64,000 nucleotides of DNA from Octopus sinensis (GCF_006345805.1 NC_043013.1:14818001-14882000), one strand, 5' to 3'; numbered from the stretch's first letter, positions 38,749 to 51,056 are shown. Notes: generated by a model from the sequence alone, not told the origin. Numbers and translations: made by a program.

Positions 38749-39055
38749 GTATGATATTTATTAATTAATCAATTAATTAACTAAAGTATGTTGACCTCAA
38801 TCTTCTTTCCTGTATTACTTCACATTTTAACTCCTGCTTCTAAAATCATTGGAAAAGTTTTTTTGGTATTTCATCTGACTTTCTATGTTCTGGGTTCAAA
38901 TGCTACCATTGTCAACTTTGCCTTTCATCCCTCCAGGGTCAATAGAATAAAGTAGGGGAGAGGTCAATGATGTCAACTAACCTATTCCTTCAAACTGGCA
39001 AAATTGTTAGCATTCTGGACAAAATGCTAAGCAGTAATTAATCTCTATTTATATA

Positions 39056-39506
39056 CTGTAAATCCTCGAGTATAATCTGCATTTTTTCCCCAAAATTTAA
39101 TGGTCAAAATCCCTAGTGCGTACTATATATGAGGTTAAAAATGAAAAATATTTTCTAAGCAATGTCCAAGTCTCTATCTGCTGTCCAGCAATGTTTATTC
39201 AGACGCATTTTGTGCTGTCGGGTGCGAAAATACTTTAAGCTAAGCCTGTAAGCAATGAAGTCATAAAAGAATCATCCATAACTTGCAGTAAGCAACATTT
39301 ATTAAAATAAAAGTATTCAGAAATAAATGAAAGTGAATCTTCTGATGTTGACTATGAATCTGACGACGGAGATATATAGACCTCCTTGACTCAAGTTAGA
39401 GAAGGGGTGCGTATTGTACACAAGGTTTAGGTTTTTCAGAGGTACAGCCCCCTAAAAATCCCCTGCGTATTATACTCAAGGGCAGACTATACCCAAGGAT
39501 TTACAG
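39056..39506. mobile_element. Tc1/mariner (pogo-like) MITE nested in a SINE A2
   Basis: 25-bp TIRs CTGTAAATCCTCGAGTATAATCTGC / GCAGACTATACCCAAGGATTTACAG, with TA on both sides. Confidence 0.88.
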
Positions 39507-39862
39507 TACAGAGTTCAAATGTTGCTGATGTTAATAAAGTAAGTATCTGTTGAGCACTGGGGGGGGGGGGGGTAACTGACTAACCCTCCTCCCCACAATA
39601 TTTCAGACCATGTACCTATAGTAGAAAGGATTATTATTTTCACTATTATTAGTAAGGTGGTGAGCTAGTGGAATCATTAGCATGCTTGGCAGCATTTCAT
39701 CTGTTTTTACAGTCTTGGTTCGAATTCTGCCAAGGTCAACTTTACCTTTCATCCTTTCAGGATCGATAGAATACGTAGCAGTTGAGTACTGGGGTCAATA
39801 TCATCAATTTGGCTCCTCCCTCATAATTGCTGGCCTTGTGCCAAAATTTGAAGCCATTATTA

Positions 39863-39905
<43 letters not shown>

Positions 39906-40282
39906 AGCAGTGAGCTGGCAAAATGCTTAACATTTCATTTGTCTTCACATTCTGTGTTCAAATTCCGCTGAGGTCGACTTTGCCTTTCACCCTTTCAGGT
40001 TCGATAAAAGAAGTACCAGTTGTGTAATGTGGTTAATGTAATTGACAGGTTCCCTCCCCTGAAATTACTGGCCCTGTGCCAAAATTTGAAATTATCATTA
40101 TTATCCTACTGGGGTCGACTCTGCATTTCATCCTTCCAGGGTCAATAAAATATGTACCAATCAAGTACCGGGGGTCGATGTAATTGACTTAGCTCCTCCC
40201 CTCAAAAACTGCTGACCCTATACCAAAATTTGAAACCATCATTATTGTTATTATGTGTCTCTTTTTTTTCTTTCATTTCCAG

Positions 40283-40427
40283 AGTTTACAATGTCATAAC
40301 AAAACAACCAGTGATTTTACCTTTGTTGGTTCCTGCAGTCTTATTGCAACAGCTGGCCATTCTTCAGAGAGTAAAAATGTTTGTCTTTGGGACACCTTGC
40401 TACCAACACGAAGTGCCCTTGTCCATC
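40283..40427 (+). CDS. DMXL2: DmX-like protein WD40 exon
   Basis: tttccag / gtcagt boundaries. SLQCHNKTTSDFTFVGSCSLIATAGHSSESKNVCLWDTLLPTRSALVH resembles SWQCHSKATSDFAFITSSSLVATSGHSNDNRNVCLWDTL. Confidence 0.97.
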
Positions 40428-40653
40428 GTCAGTACCACCTGCTTTATAAATCATCTCCTCCTCTTCCTCCTTCTTTGTATCACTACGATTCATTGGTTTT
40501 ACCTTTTTTATCATCTCCTCCTCTCTTGTTATTCTTTAATTTTTTTCTTTTTCATTTTATCTTATTTCTTTCCTTTTTTTTTCATTGTTATCGTTACCCT
40601 CTGAAATTACTGGTATTGGTAAAGGTATATATGTATCCTTGTTTTTTATGATG

Positions 40654-40884
40654 TTTGGTTCCAAAAAGACAGTGATAAATAAATCCTTTGGTTCCAAAAA
40701 GACAGTGATAAATAAATCCTTTGGTTCCAAAAAGACAGTGATAAATAAATCCTTTGGTTCCAAAAAGACAGTGATAAATAAATCGTTTGGTTCCAAAAAG
40801 ACAGTGATAAATAAATCCTTTGGTTCCAAAAAGACAGTGATAAATAAATCCTTTGGTTCCAAAAAGACAGTGATAAATAAATCC
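40654..40884. repeat. 33-bp minisatellite, 7 near-perfect copies
   Basis: tttggttccaaaaagacagtgataaataaatcc x7, with one substitution. Confidence 0.97.
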
Positions 40885-42399
40885 TCTCCACACACTTTGT
40901 AAATAGAATGAATAGCTGATTCATTAGCACCACCATCATGTATTTTCTTGACTATTTCTACCGTTTTTCATTTTTTTTTTAAATGCATTCTTCTGTTGTT
41001 TGTCAAGATCAGGAGCCTTTGTACTTTTTTCTGTTCGCTGGTTCCATGTTGATGGGTGCGAGTACATAAATCCATATAAATTATATGCACTGCCTTGCAG
41101 CTCAGTCACGTAAACGCAAGCAATAGACTGTATATTCTGGGTGATTGAGGATTGTGGCTGGTTGCTAGAGTACATTTTTGGAGTACAAGCAGAATTCTTT
41201 AACTGTATCCTGACCTTTGTTGGCACAGATCAATCCATGACAAGCACAACATGCTTCACAATTGAGTGTACTGCTATTCTTGATCAGTGATGATTGAAAC
41301 TACATGTATATTGTACTTGCACTGGCTGCCAACCACTGCTATTGTGCTGAACAAGTTATACCTCGTGGGAACTTCTGCACCCTAACAGACGACAAAGACC
41401 ATTCAACTACATTGATGTTATTGGCAGAAACCCATTCATAAAATTGAGGGCCTGCCAAGACTAATGGGAAACAAACATTCCTGGTGTAGTGTAGTGGCAT
41501 GCAGCCTAGTTGTAGCCACTTAAAAACGATATATTTGTATTTCTACATTGTGTTTTATTAGAACAAAGTGTGGGAGTGGGACCGACTCGCTTCTCAGTCA
41601 CACCCGCTTCCTCTGAGGTCTCTCAGTTGTATTGTCCTACACCCGGCTACTTACTTCCATCATCAATATCAGCCAGTCGTTGGGTGGTGGGGAGGGGGGC
41701 AGGGTTAATGGTATTAGAGAATGAGAAGTTTTTTGAAAGTCTAACAGAGTTGGACGTCTTTGCACTGGAGTTACAGCCGTGTAACTCCTTTGCACTGTGT
41801 GTGTGTGTGTAGGACACATTTGAATGTATGTGTGTGTGTGTGTTAACTCTAATGGGAATACGTATTTGTGTTACATTGCAACTGGAATGTGTATGTTCAA
41901 TACACAACAGCTGCAATATGTGTTACACAACCGTTAAAATATGCGCGCGTGTGTGTGTATGTGTGTTATACTACAACTGGAATGTGTATGTTTGTGTTAC
42001 ACAACAGTTGAAATGAATATGTATGTTTTGTATATAATATTGTAGCAACTGGAACATGTATATTTGTCATGCTCATAATACATGTAACAGGCATACTCTG
42101 AGGTAACATTATCCAATATGTTCTTCCTGTTGTTTTAGTTTATCCACTCAACTCAGCCTTTTTTCAGACCTACTGATATGTGTTAAAGGATTTCAGCTAT
42201 GACTATCCCATCTTAATATTTTATTTCAGACATCATGGTTTTGAATTATCTAAAAATAGCTTTCTTCCAAAACGAGACTATCAGCTCAAACTACCACATT
42301 GAGACTCATGTATTTTAAATATATTCTTGTGTGTTTCTTATATTGCTTGGTGGAATCCTTGTTAATACTATTGACCGAAAGAATCCCCCAAGTTATTGT

Positions 42400-42620
42400 T
42401 GACACTATTGACTGAGGAAATCCCTCTAACTGTTCACGGCATTGACTGAAGCAGTCTCCTCTAACTGTTCACGGCATTGACTGAAGCAGTCTCCTCTAAC
42501 TGTTGACGGCATTGACTGAAGCAGTCTCCTCTAACTGTTCACGGCATTGACTGAAGCAGTCTCCTCTAACTGTTGACGACATTGACTGAAGGACCCCCTC
42601 CCCACAACTGTTGACTGAAG
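42400..42620. repeat. 35-bp minisatellite, about 5-6 copies, just upstream of exon 42664
   Basis: ggcattgactgaagcagtctcctctaactgtt(c/g)ac. Confidence 0.9.
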
Positions 42621-42663
42621 GAATGCCTCTATCTAATTATCAGAATTATTTACTATTTTCCAG

Positions 42664-42753
42664 CATTTACCTGTCATGAACACGGAAGCCCAGCAATTGT
42701 CTATGCTCCACAGCATCAACTCATTATCAGTGGCGGCAGAAAGGGAGAAATTT
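42664..42753 (+). CDS. DMXL2: DmX-like protein WD40 exon
   Basis: ttttccag acceptor. (P)FTCHEHGSPAIVYAPQHQLIISGGRKGEI resembles FTCHDHGATVLQYAPKQQLLISGGRKGHV. Donor is GTATCCTTT (U12-type). Confidence 0.96.
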
Positions 42754-42922
42754 GTATCCTTTTTTTGTTTTTGTAAATTCCATCCTGAAATTTTACCTCA
42801 TCACATCTTACATCTTTTGAGAGGCTGTTGTTGATGCTGTTGTGTGTATGTTTCCCATATAAGACCATTTCTTCAATGACTGTTTATCAGAGATATTCTG
42901 CTATTCAAACTGACTGTTCCTG

Positions 42923-43105
42923 ATAGATCCTTTCTCACCACTTTGTCCCACATCTTCCTGAGTCTACCCCTTCCACGTGTTCCCTCTGCAATTAGAGATC
43001 AGCACCTCTTGATGCAATTGTCTTCATTCATACACATTACATGGCCATACCAGCACTGTCTTCTCTCTTGTACACTACATCTGAGGCTACGTATACCCAG
43101 TTTTT
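42923..43105 (-). mobile_element. RTE LINE ORF2 C-terminal fragment inside the U12 intron
   Basis: Near-identical to 15523-15710 (gatcctttctcaccactttgtccca...ggccataccag...cttctctcttg). Confidence 0.8.
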
Positions 43106-43107
43106 CT

Positions 43108-43460
43108 CTTGGATGCGTGGCAAGAAGTTTGCTTCCAAACCATGTGGCATCTTGGGCAAATGTCTTCTACTCTAGGCACAGACCAAACAAAACCTTGTAT
43201 GTGGGTTTGGTTGACAGAAACTGAAACAAGTTCATCATAGTACTGTTAACCAGACGTCATGTGATAGTTGTATATGAGCATCACCATCTTATACATGAGG
43301 TTGTTTTTTCTGTAAAAAAAAAAACAGAAAAATTTATCAAACTATGGGAAAACATTACCTTGCTCGGAGATAGGTGGGGATTGGCCACAGGAAGGGCATC
43401 TGACCATAGAAAATCTGCCTCAACAAATTTTGTCTGACCCATGCAAAAAGAAAAGTGAAC
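43108..43460 (+). mobile_element. Composite SINE (family B head plus RTE-like tail; family D)
   Basis: B-type head (gtggcaagaagtttgcttcc...ttgggcaaatgtcttct) joined to ...aggaagggcatc...gacccatgcaa. Related pieces at 2355-3035, 31330-31580, 32965-33210. Confidence 0.65.
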
Positions 43461-43847
43461 ATAGTGATTAACAGTGACTGTTTAATTGGAAATTTTGCTG
43501 TTAATATTGGCTTCTCAGAATTGTTTTTAAAAGCCAGTTTTAATGGTGAAATTTGAAAGTCAGCAGTCATACCATCCTTTCTTCCTTTTCAGTTGAGGTA
43601 CCCCTGTATCTCCTCTACAGCCTACAGCAAGACACCTGATCCCATCCCTCCCTCCTACTTTAGCCTCTCTACCCCTGGTACAAAACCACCTTCCTCAATA
43701 CTGCATCACCATTCTGTGAAGGAGTCTTGTCTTGCATGTTATTTTGTGACCCCTTTAGTGTTAGCGCAATGAAAAATGCACCCAGTACATTCATTGGCAT
43801 TAGGGAGGGTATCCTGCCATAGAAACCTCCCCAATGTGCACACAGGA

Positions 43848-43924
43848 GATCCTGTCCAATTAAGGTAATTGGATCTTGTCCAATTAAGGTAATTGGATCC
43901 TGTCCAATTAAGGTAATTGGATCC
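43848..43924. repeat. 24-bp tandem repeat, about 3 copies, hit by a SINE A insertion
   Basis: gatcctgtccaattaaggtaattg. Confidence 0.9.
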
Positions 43925-44157
43925 GAAGGCAGCAAGCTGGCAGAAACGTTAGCACGCCGGGCGAAATGCGTAGCCGTATTTCATCTGCCGTTACGTTCTG
44001 AGTTCAAATTCCGCCGAGGCCAACTTTGCCTTTCATCCTTTCGGAGTCGATAAATTAAGTACCAGTTACACACTGGGGTTGATGTAATTGACTTAATCCA
44101 TTCGTCTGTCCTTGTTTGTCCCCTCTGTGTTTAGCCCCTTGTGGGTAGTAAAGAAAT
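43925..44157 (+). mobile_element. tRNA-derived SINE family A, young copy with 14-bp target-site duplication
   Basis: gcaagctggcagaaacgttagcacgccgg...gagttcaaattccgccgagg...ctttcatcctttcgg...gtgggtagtaaagaaat. Flanked by AGGTAATTGGATCC at 43911-43924 and 44158-44171. Confidence 0.92.
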
Positions 44158-44291
44158 AGGTAATTGGATCCTGTCAAAACCATATAATCCATGCTGTCAT
44201 GGAACACCGACATTAAACGATGATGATGATGGATGTGTATCTGTATGTTTCTTTCTTGCTTTTTGTATTGCTTTTCCTTAACCACTGCCAG

Positions 44292-44419
44292 GTTTATTCG
44301 ATATGAGACAGAGATTAATGCGACACACCTTCCAAGCCCATGAATCCCCAATCAAAAGTCTGGCCCTGGATCCAGAAGAAAGGTTCTTTGTGACAGGTTC
44401 TGCTGAAGGAGACATCAAG
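44292..44419 (+). CDS. DMXL2: DmX-like protein WD40 exon
   Basis: ttccttaaccactgccag acceptor / gtatga donor. (C)LFDMRQRLMRHTFQAHESPIKSLALDPEERFFVTGSAEGDIK resembles CIFDIRQRQLIHTFQAHDSAIKALALDPYEEYFTTGSAEGNIK. Confidence 0.97.
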
Positions 44420-44544
44420 GTATGACATATTTTTTTCTTGAAAATCAAAATAAATACTAGTTGAGCACTGGAGTTGATGTAATCGACTTAGCCCTCCATG
44501 AAAATCATTGGTTTATTCCAAAATTTGAAACCGTTGTTTTATCG

Positions 44545-44800
44545 TGAAGATCACTCCACATGCAAGAACGACAAGCACTTTTCCTCTCTGTGTGGTGGTC
44601 ATGGCAAAAGAGGTTGTGTGGAGGGCAAAACTGAAAGGACTGATGCCAAACACTTCCTCTTCGGCTGAGACTTTTTAAGAATTCCGTTTGAAAATGAAGG
44701 TGAGGATTAAAAGGGAGGTGCTGTCATCCAGAAAATTTGTTGAAAGACAGGCGAATGGGACGAGGATGGCTTATGTGAGCTGACCTACACTAAAGCTGGT
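44545..44800 (+). mobile_element. Degenerate non-LTR retrotransposon C-terminal fragment (Tx1/L1-like)
   Basis: VVMAKEVVWRAKLKGL...LKMKVRIKREVLSSRKFVER with internal stops. Family assignment recalled, not searched. Confidence 0.45.
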
Positions 44801-45330
44801 GCCTGTAGGCTGAGGACACTTTCCACGGGTCTCCTGGTAAATAGGATGGTTCAGGATCTGAGAGGTTCTTTGGGTTGCCTTTGGGTGGTGATTCCCCTAT
44901 ATTCAGGAATTTTGTTGTTAATTGTTATTATTTTTTTATTTTTTACACATTTATGTAAATCCTTACTATCCTTTGTCTTTATATTGTCCTAAATGATTTT
45001 TGCAGCCTTTGTGGCTAATAAAGAAAGCATTATTATTATATTATTATTATTATTATTATTATCAAGGTGATGAGCTGGCAGAATCAGTAGCACATTGGAC
45101 AAAATGCTTAGCAGCATTTCATCCGTCTACATTCTGAGTTCAAATTCCACTAAGGTCAATTTTGCCTTTCATCCTTTTGAGGTCAATAAAATAAGTACCA
45201 GTTATGCACTGGAGTTGATGTAACTGACTATCCCCCTCCCCCAGAATTTCAGGCCTTGTGCCTTTAATAGAAAGATGATTATTATTGTTGTTATTATTAT
45301 TATTATTATTATTATTTTTGTTTAATTCAG

Positions 45331-45540
45331 ATCTGGAGTCTGGACGTTCACCAACTGGTGTGTTCATTCGTTGGTGAACACAGCAAGACAACGTTTTTCC
45401 GTAATGTCGGTTCAACGTCTGGGGTCACGCAAGTGACAGTCATACCACAGAACCATCTTCTATCCTGCGGTGTGGACGGCTCTATGAAAATCCGGAAACT
45501 TCCAGACAAAGACGATATCGTTCACAATTGGTCTGGCTGA
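45331..45540 (+). CDS. DMXL2: DmX-like protein terminal coding exon with stop
   Basis: tttaattcag acceptor. IWSLDVHQLVCSFVGEHSKTTFFRNVGSTSGVTQVTVIPQNHLLSCGVDGSMKIRKLPDKDDIVHNWSG* resembles VWRL...EHAKQSIFRNIG...RLFSCGADGTLKTRVLP. TGA ends at 45540. Confidence 0.96.
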   Translation: MWSLDVHQLVCSFVGEHSKTTFFRNVGSTSGVTQVTVIPQNHLLSCGVDGSMKIRKLPDKDDIVHNWSG

Positions 45541-45620
45541 TTTATCACTCGACTCGTTCCAAAGTCGACTAACAGAACATATATATATATATGTGTGTGT
45601 ATATATATACATATATATAA

Positions 45621-45626
45621 AATAAA
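45621..45626 (+). promoter_or_regulatory. Nearest candidate polyadenylation signal (AATAAA) of the DmX-like gene
   Basis: First AATAAA about 80 nt after the stop. Further AATAAA at 45831 and near 47506; actual site usage cannot be determined from sequence. Confidence 0.35.
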
Positions 45627-45989
45627 ACAATGTTGGGAAAGAAGGAAAGGGGTTGAAATTTGAACAACTTGCAGAGATGCAATTTGGTTTTTAATTCTTG
45701 TAAACTAGGCAAAGCCACAATGCCACTATGTCCCATTGCCCCACCACCACCACCATCTCTTCTCTTCTCGCTCAGTTTTCTACCCAAAAGGAACAACAGA
45801 CCACTTAGATGTAAACTTGAACATAAACAAAATAAAAACAAAAAAAAACAACAATCCTTCCACCACCACCACTCATTTTCCCCCTCCAAAAAAACAAACA
45901 CTGAACAACAATAACAAAAAAAAAACATTTATTTACACCCGTTGTCTTCTGTTATTTGCAGAGTGGGAAATGATTCCCAGATTCTTAAA

Positions 45990-46840
45990 GAAATTATTGT
46001 TATTATTACTATTGAAGACTTTGCCTTTCATCTTTTAAGGGTCAGTGAATTAAGTACCAGTTGGGCACTGGGATCAATGTAATTGACTGGTCCTTACTCC
46101 CAAAATTTCAGGCCTTGTACCTTTAGTAGAAAGGATTACTATTGTTGTTATTATTATTATTATTATTATTAAAATGGTGAGCTAGCAGAATAGCCAGAAC
46201 ATTGAAGAAACAGTACTTTGTAATATTTTTCTGACTGCTTAGGTTCTGAGTTCAAGTCCCACTGAGGTTAACTTTGTCTTTCATCCTTCTGGGGTTGATG
46301 GTATCGATTATCCCTCTCCTCACAAAATTGCTGGCCTAAGTGAGAAACTGTTGTTGTTGTTGTTAATAATGTTATTAGTATTATTAAAGCAGCAGGCTGG
46401 CAGAATCGTTAGAGCATCAGGAAAAATACTTTGTGGTGTTTCTTCAACTTATTACATTCTGAGTTCAAATTCTGCTGAGGTTCACTTTGCCTTTTATCTT
46501 TTTGGGGTGGATAAAATAAAATACTAGTCAAGCACTGGGGTTGGTGTAATCAACTTGCCCCCACCCCACAAAATAGCTGGCCTCGTGCCAAAATTATTAT
46601 TATTATTATTATTATTTTCATCAAGATGTTGAGCTAGAAGAATTGTTACCGTGCTGGACAAAATACCTAGCAAAATTTCTTGTGGAGCTTTACATTATGA
46701 GTTCAAATTCCACCAAGGTCAACTTTGCCTTTCATCCTTTCGGGGTTGATAAGTACCAGTTATACACTGTGGGCGATGTTATCAACTAGCCTCATCAGGC
46801 CTTGTGTCTAAAGTAGAAAGGATATTATTATTATTATTAA
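45990..46840 (+). mobile_element. Head-to-tail cluster of SINE A2 copies ((ATT)n-tailed variant)
   Basis: Repeated gagttcaa...ctttcatc...agtaccag...ggcc(t)tgtg...(att)n units. Similar + clusters at 12880-13700, 36150-36550, 38880-40230, 45060-45310, 48910-49360. Confidence 0.8.
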
Positions 46841-48076
46841 TATTTTAGTATTGTTATGCATAATTGAAAGTTTAAATGGAAAACAAAATTTTGATGGAGG
46901 AGGAGGAGGAGGACTGAGGAGAAGGGGGTATGAGCAGGGGGTAGGGCAAGTTATGGTGGTTGTGGGGGAGCAGGAATGATTCTATAAAAACAAAAACTCA
47001 CAAAAACAACCAAAAATATATATCTAAAAACAAATATACACCATAAACAAATAACTTCACCCTCCCCTCCCTTCCCCCCAAAAGTAATAATAAAAACCAG
47101 AATGATTCTACCCAAACATGGTTCTTGGATGTCAGTTTAAAAATTATATAAAAAAAAAAACTTGAAAAAAAAAAACAAAACAAAGAAAATATACAATAAT
47201 GGCATGCAACTTCCTGAAAATTGGAGCTGCATGCCAGCCTCCACTGTATTTGGAGCCAAATCTAAAACTTGCAGCTTCACCAAAATTTTCATCTGTGTAA
47301 AAGAATTAAAAAAAAAAAAAAACGAAAATATTTTTCCTTCCTTCCTTCTTTCTCTTTTTCTCTCTTTCTTGTCCCTTTTTTCTCTCGTTTCGTCATACCC
47401 CCCTCTCTCTATTTCTCTCTCTAAAAAAAAAAAAAAAGCTCTCCATAGGAGCTGTGTTAAATCCTTTAATTGGACAAGCAAAACTGAAGTACAAAAATGA
47501 AAAAAAATAAAAAGAATTTAATTAAGATTCAATTAAAACAATTTAGAAAATATTTGTACCTCCATTTTTTTTTCTTAATTTTATTTTTTATTTTATTTCA
47601 TTTTTTGTTTTCAATGAAATATTTATAATTTAAAAAAAGATATTCTTTTGTAGTTTACACAACTATTTTAAAAAGACCAGATATTATACACTGAGGTTGT
47701 AACTTATATATGCATGTATATATAAATGTATGTATGTATGTGTGTGTGTTTATATTGTGTGTGTACATATGTATGTATATTTAGAAGTTATAGTATGTAT
47801 ATATGTATATTATATATTTGTGTGTGCATGTGTATACATGTATATTATATTGAACATATGTATATATTTATAGATGTGTGTATATATGTATATTTGTTTG
47901 TGTATATGTATATAAATATATATATATATGTATATGAATATATATATATATGTGTGTGTGTGTGTGTATACATATATATATATATGTGTGTATATGTATA
48001 TGTATATTATGGAGATGTACTTGCATAGCAAGTGACCTGATCTGATATTGTGTGCTGGAATAAAAACAATTGCAGC

Positions 48077-48330
48077 GTGGAAGGTGTTTATAAGCCATTT
48101 AAAAACACGAAAACCATTAGATTCACTTCAACATTTAAATTTGATTTGCCAAAGTATTTTCGTCACTTTGAGATTGCGACCTGTTCACTGACAAAATTCC
48201 ATGCTACACGGAATTTTATTAGTGAATAGGTTGTAATCTCAAAGCGAAGAAAATACTTTGGCAACTTAAATTTAAATGTTGAAGTGAATGTAACAGTTTT
48301 TGTGTTTTTAAATGGCTTATAAATACCTTC

Positions 48331-48333
<3 letters not shown>
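48077..48333. repeat. Foldback element, arms of about 124 bp with 9-nt loop
   Basis: gtggaaggtgtttataagccatttaaaaacac...ctgacaaaattcc / ggaattttattag...gtgtttttaaatggcttataaataccttccac. Confidence 0.88.
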
Positions 48334-48364
<31 letters not shown>

Positions 48365-48368
48365 CTTT

Positions 48369-48401
<33 letters not shown>

Positions 48402-48494
48402 TTACATATACATATTTTTATATATGCATATATATATATGCATATATATATATGTATATATATATATTTATGTATATATTTGTGTATGTGTATG

Positions 48495-48547
<53 letters not shown>

Positions 48548-49663
48548 GTTTAACTTTCTTGATGTTTTCAAAATTCCCTATTGAATCTTTGTTTGGTATA
48601 GTTGACAATAACAACATTCTTTCTTTCTCTTTCCCATATTCTTCTTTATAGATAAAAAATTTTTTCTTCAAATATTAGTCTTTTGAGTGAAAGGGTTGTA
48701 ATGTGTCTGATTATATGATTCCATAATCCTTGTAAGATATTTACTACAATATTCTAGAAAGAAAACAATTTATAGAATTTGTATGACTTTCTTAAATGAG
48801 AGGCCTTGTACTTGTGTACCAGTAATGTTTTAGGATCAGTTCTGGAGCCTTTTGGAAATGGTTACTGCTATAATTATTATTGTTATTATTGTTATTATTA
48901 TTATCATCATCGGGCAACGATCTGGCTGAATTGTTAGCATGATGGACAAAATGCTTTGTAGCATTTCATCTGTCTTTACATTCTGAGTTCAATTTCTGCC
49001 GAGGTCAGCTTTGCCGTTCATCTTTTTCGGGTCAATAAAATAAGTACCAGTAGAACACTGGGGTCGATGTAATCAACTAGCTCCTCCCCTGAAATTTAAG
49101 CCTTGTGCCTGTAGTGGACAGGATCGTTATTAGGGTGGTAATTTGGCAGGATAGCTAAAGCTTTGGAAAAAAAAATACCTTCTGGTATTTTTTCTGACTC
49201 GAGTTTAATCCTACTAGGGTTGTCATTACCCTTCATTCTTCCAGGATCAGTAAAATACTTGAGTACTGGGCTGATAAAATAAAGTACCAGTCACATACTG
49301 GAGTCAATTTAATCAAGTAAACACTTTCCCCGAGTTTCTGACCTTCTGCCCGAATTAGAAACAATTATTATTGTTCTTGTTATGGCTATAGTTTTAACTC
49401 CCCTTATTCTCTCTCTCTCTTTCCTGCTCCCCTTCCATCTCTCTCTGTCTCTCTCCCCTTAGCATTCTATTCTGGATCCATACTTAGCTTTTGTATTTCC
49501 ATTAAAGTGTTTCTATTAAAAACCAAAAGAACCCAGTCTTTGAATTCTTTCAGTGATGCTTTAACTGCCCTGCCGTTTTCTGAGAACTCTGGTTGTTATT
49601 TTCATGACTATCTATGATGACTAAACTACACAAATATACATGGTGTTCATAAATGTACACCTT

Positions 49664-49702
<39 letters not shown>

Positions 49703-49730
49703 GTAAATTAATATGTGACAATTATTCGGT

Positions 49731-49802
49731 AGCCAAGATAAAACTCTGAGTTTCGGATGCCGAGGTGGAAATCCACACCACCATCTCTTCGGTTATCTGG
49801 CC
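49731..49802 (-). ncRNA. Type I hammerhead-ribozyme-like motif (Penelope-type minimal hammerhead)
   Basis: Minus strand reads GGCCAGAUAA-CCGAAGA-GAUG...CAUC-C-GAA-ACUCAGAGU-U-UUAUCUUGGCU. Stem I is 6+4 bp, stem III is quasi-palindromic and the cleavage triplet is GUU. Deviations are U4C and one bulged C in stem II. Confidence 0.55.
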
Positions 49803-50209
49803 ATCTCTTATCTTACCGTTTTACCAATATATATATATATATATATAATTTGTGTATGTCTATATAAATATGTAATTGAGTGAATAAGAACATACATGCA
49901 TGTCTATTTATACATACATATGTTTATAGTAATACACATACAGACGTATACGCAGTGTTCGTACACACACAATTAGTACTCAAATGTAACATATACATAC
50001 ATACATACATACATATATGTATATATTCAAAATATACATGTGCATATATAAGTGTGTCTGAATGTATATAGATGTGTGATTCTGTAATTATGTATTTGCA
50101 TGTATGTCTAGATATGCATACATATGTGTTTGTAGTATACAGATACACTTAGATGTTATATGTTGATACACACACATAGTATATGTGTGTGTGCATATAT
50201 GTGTGTGTG

Positions 50210-50243
<34 letters not shown>

Positions 50244-51056
50244 TGCATGTACATATGTATGTTTATATATATATAAAAGCATATACATGATGGGGTGTGT
50301 GTGTCTGTGTATGTATGTAGATACATGCATATTACATTATGAGTATTTTTATTTTATATTTTCTACATATGTGTATATCCTGGTTCAATTCTTACTACCT
50401 AATAATGAGCGTGACTTCTCTGCCGTTGGATTGACTTATCTTTTGTGAACCTAACAACTGCATTCCAATCTAGTTTGTAAATTTTGATTAATTAATTCAA
50501 TTGTTGCTTTCTTTGATTATCTTCATTACTTCAAAGAGCATCTAAATTTTAACCATGGACTGCTTCTCTGAGATTAATTAAAACCATAATATAGATTTTA
50601 ATTTATAACAAACAAACAAAAAAGAAACAAACAAACAAGAAAGCAAAAGAAATGCCAATGAATGAATTTTTTTTTTTTTTAAATAATAAGGTGCCGGAAA
50701 GAAACCCGACCCTCACACACACACACACACACACATATGCTATAATGAAAAATACAAATTCTTGGTATTAATCTTGGTGGGAATTGAAACCTTATAGCTT
50801 TAATTTCCGTCTGCAGCTTAACTGTTTTACAAATTCTTCTATAGTATTATTGTGCTCTTATTTTTCTCTGAAAGACATTTGTCATGTGTTTATAAAGAAG
50901 AAAATGTGTGTACATACGTATGTGTATATATATGTGGTTATATATATATATACATGCACACGTATATGCATGATATGTATCATGTGCAGGTATGCAATAG
51001 ATATATACATGGTTACAGATATATATACATATGTATGTGTGTGTATATTCTTTATG

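Larger units (their letters stand above)
42754..44291 (+). other. U12-type (minor spliceosome) GT-AG intron, 1538 nt
   Basis: 5' splice site GTATCCTTTT. Branch site TTCCTTAAC at 44274-44282, about 10 nt before the CAG, with no conventional polypyrimidine tract between them. Confidence 0.92.

Noticed and set aside
37570-38764. Long ORFs of 159-226 aa, and similar [12 protein letters not shown]/poly-L,Y,N ORFs elsewhere
   Set aside because: Translations of stop-free microsatellites. Only 38671-38748 is a real exon, in a different frame from the listed ORFs.
40633-40640. Second GTATCCTT (U12-donor-like) motif
   Set aside because: It is 205 nt inside the intron after stops in the reading frame. 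The exon already has a frame-consistent GTCAGT donor, and no U12 branch site precedes 42664.
41287-41350. C/D-box snoRNA-like GTGATGA...CTGA
   Set aside because: Weak terminal stem, no clear C'/D' boxes and no rRNA/snRNA complementarity that I can recognise.
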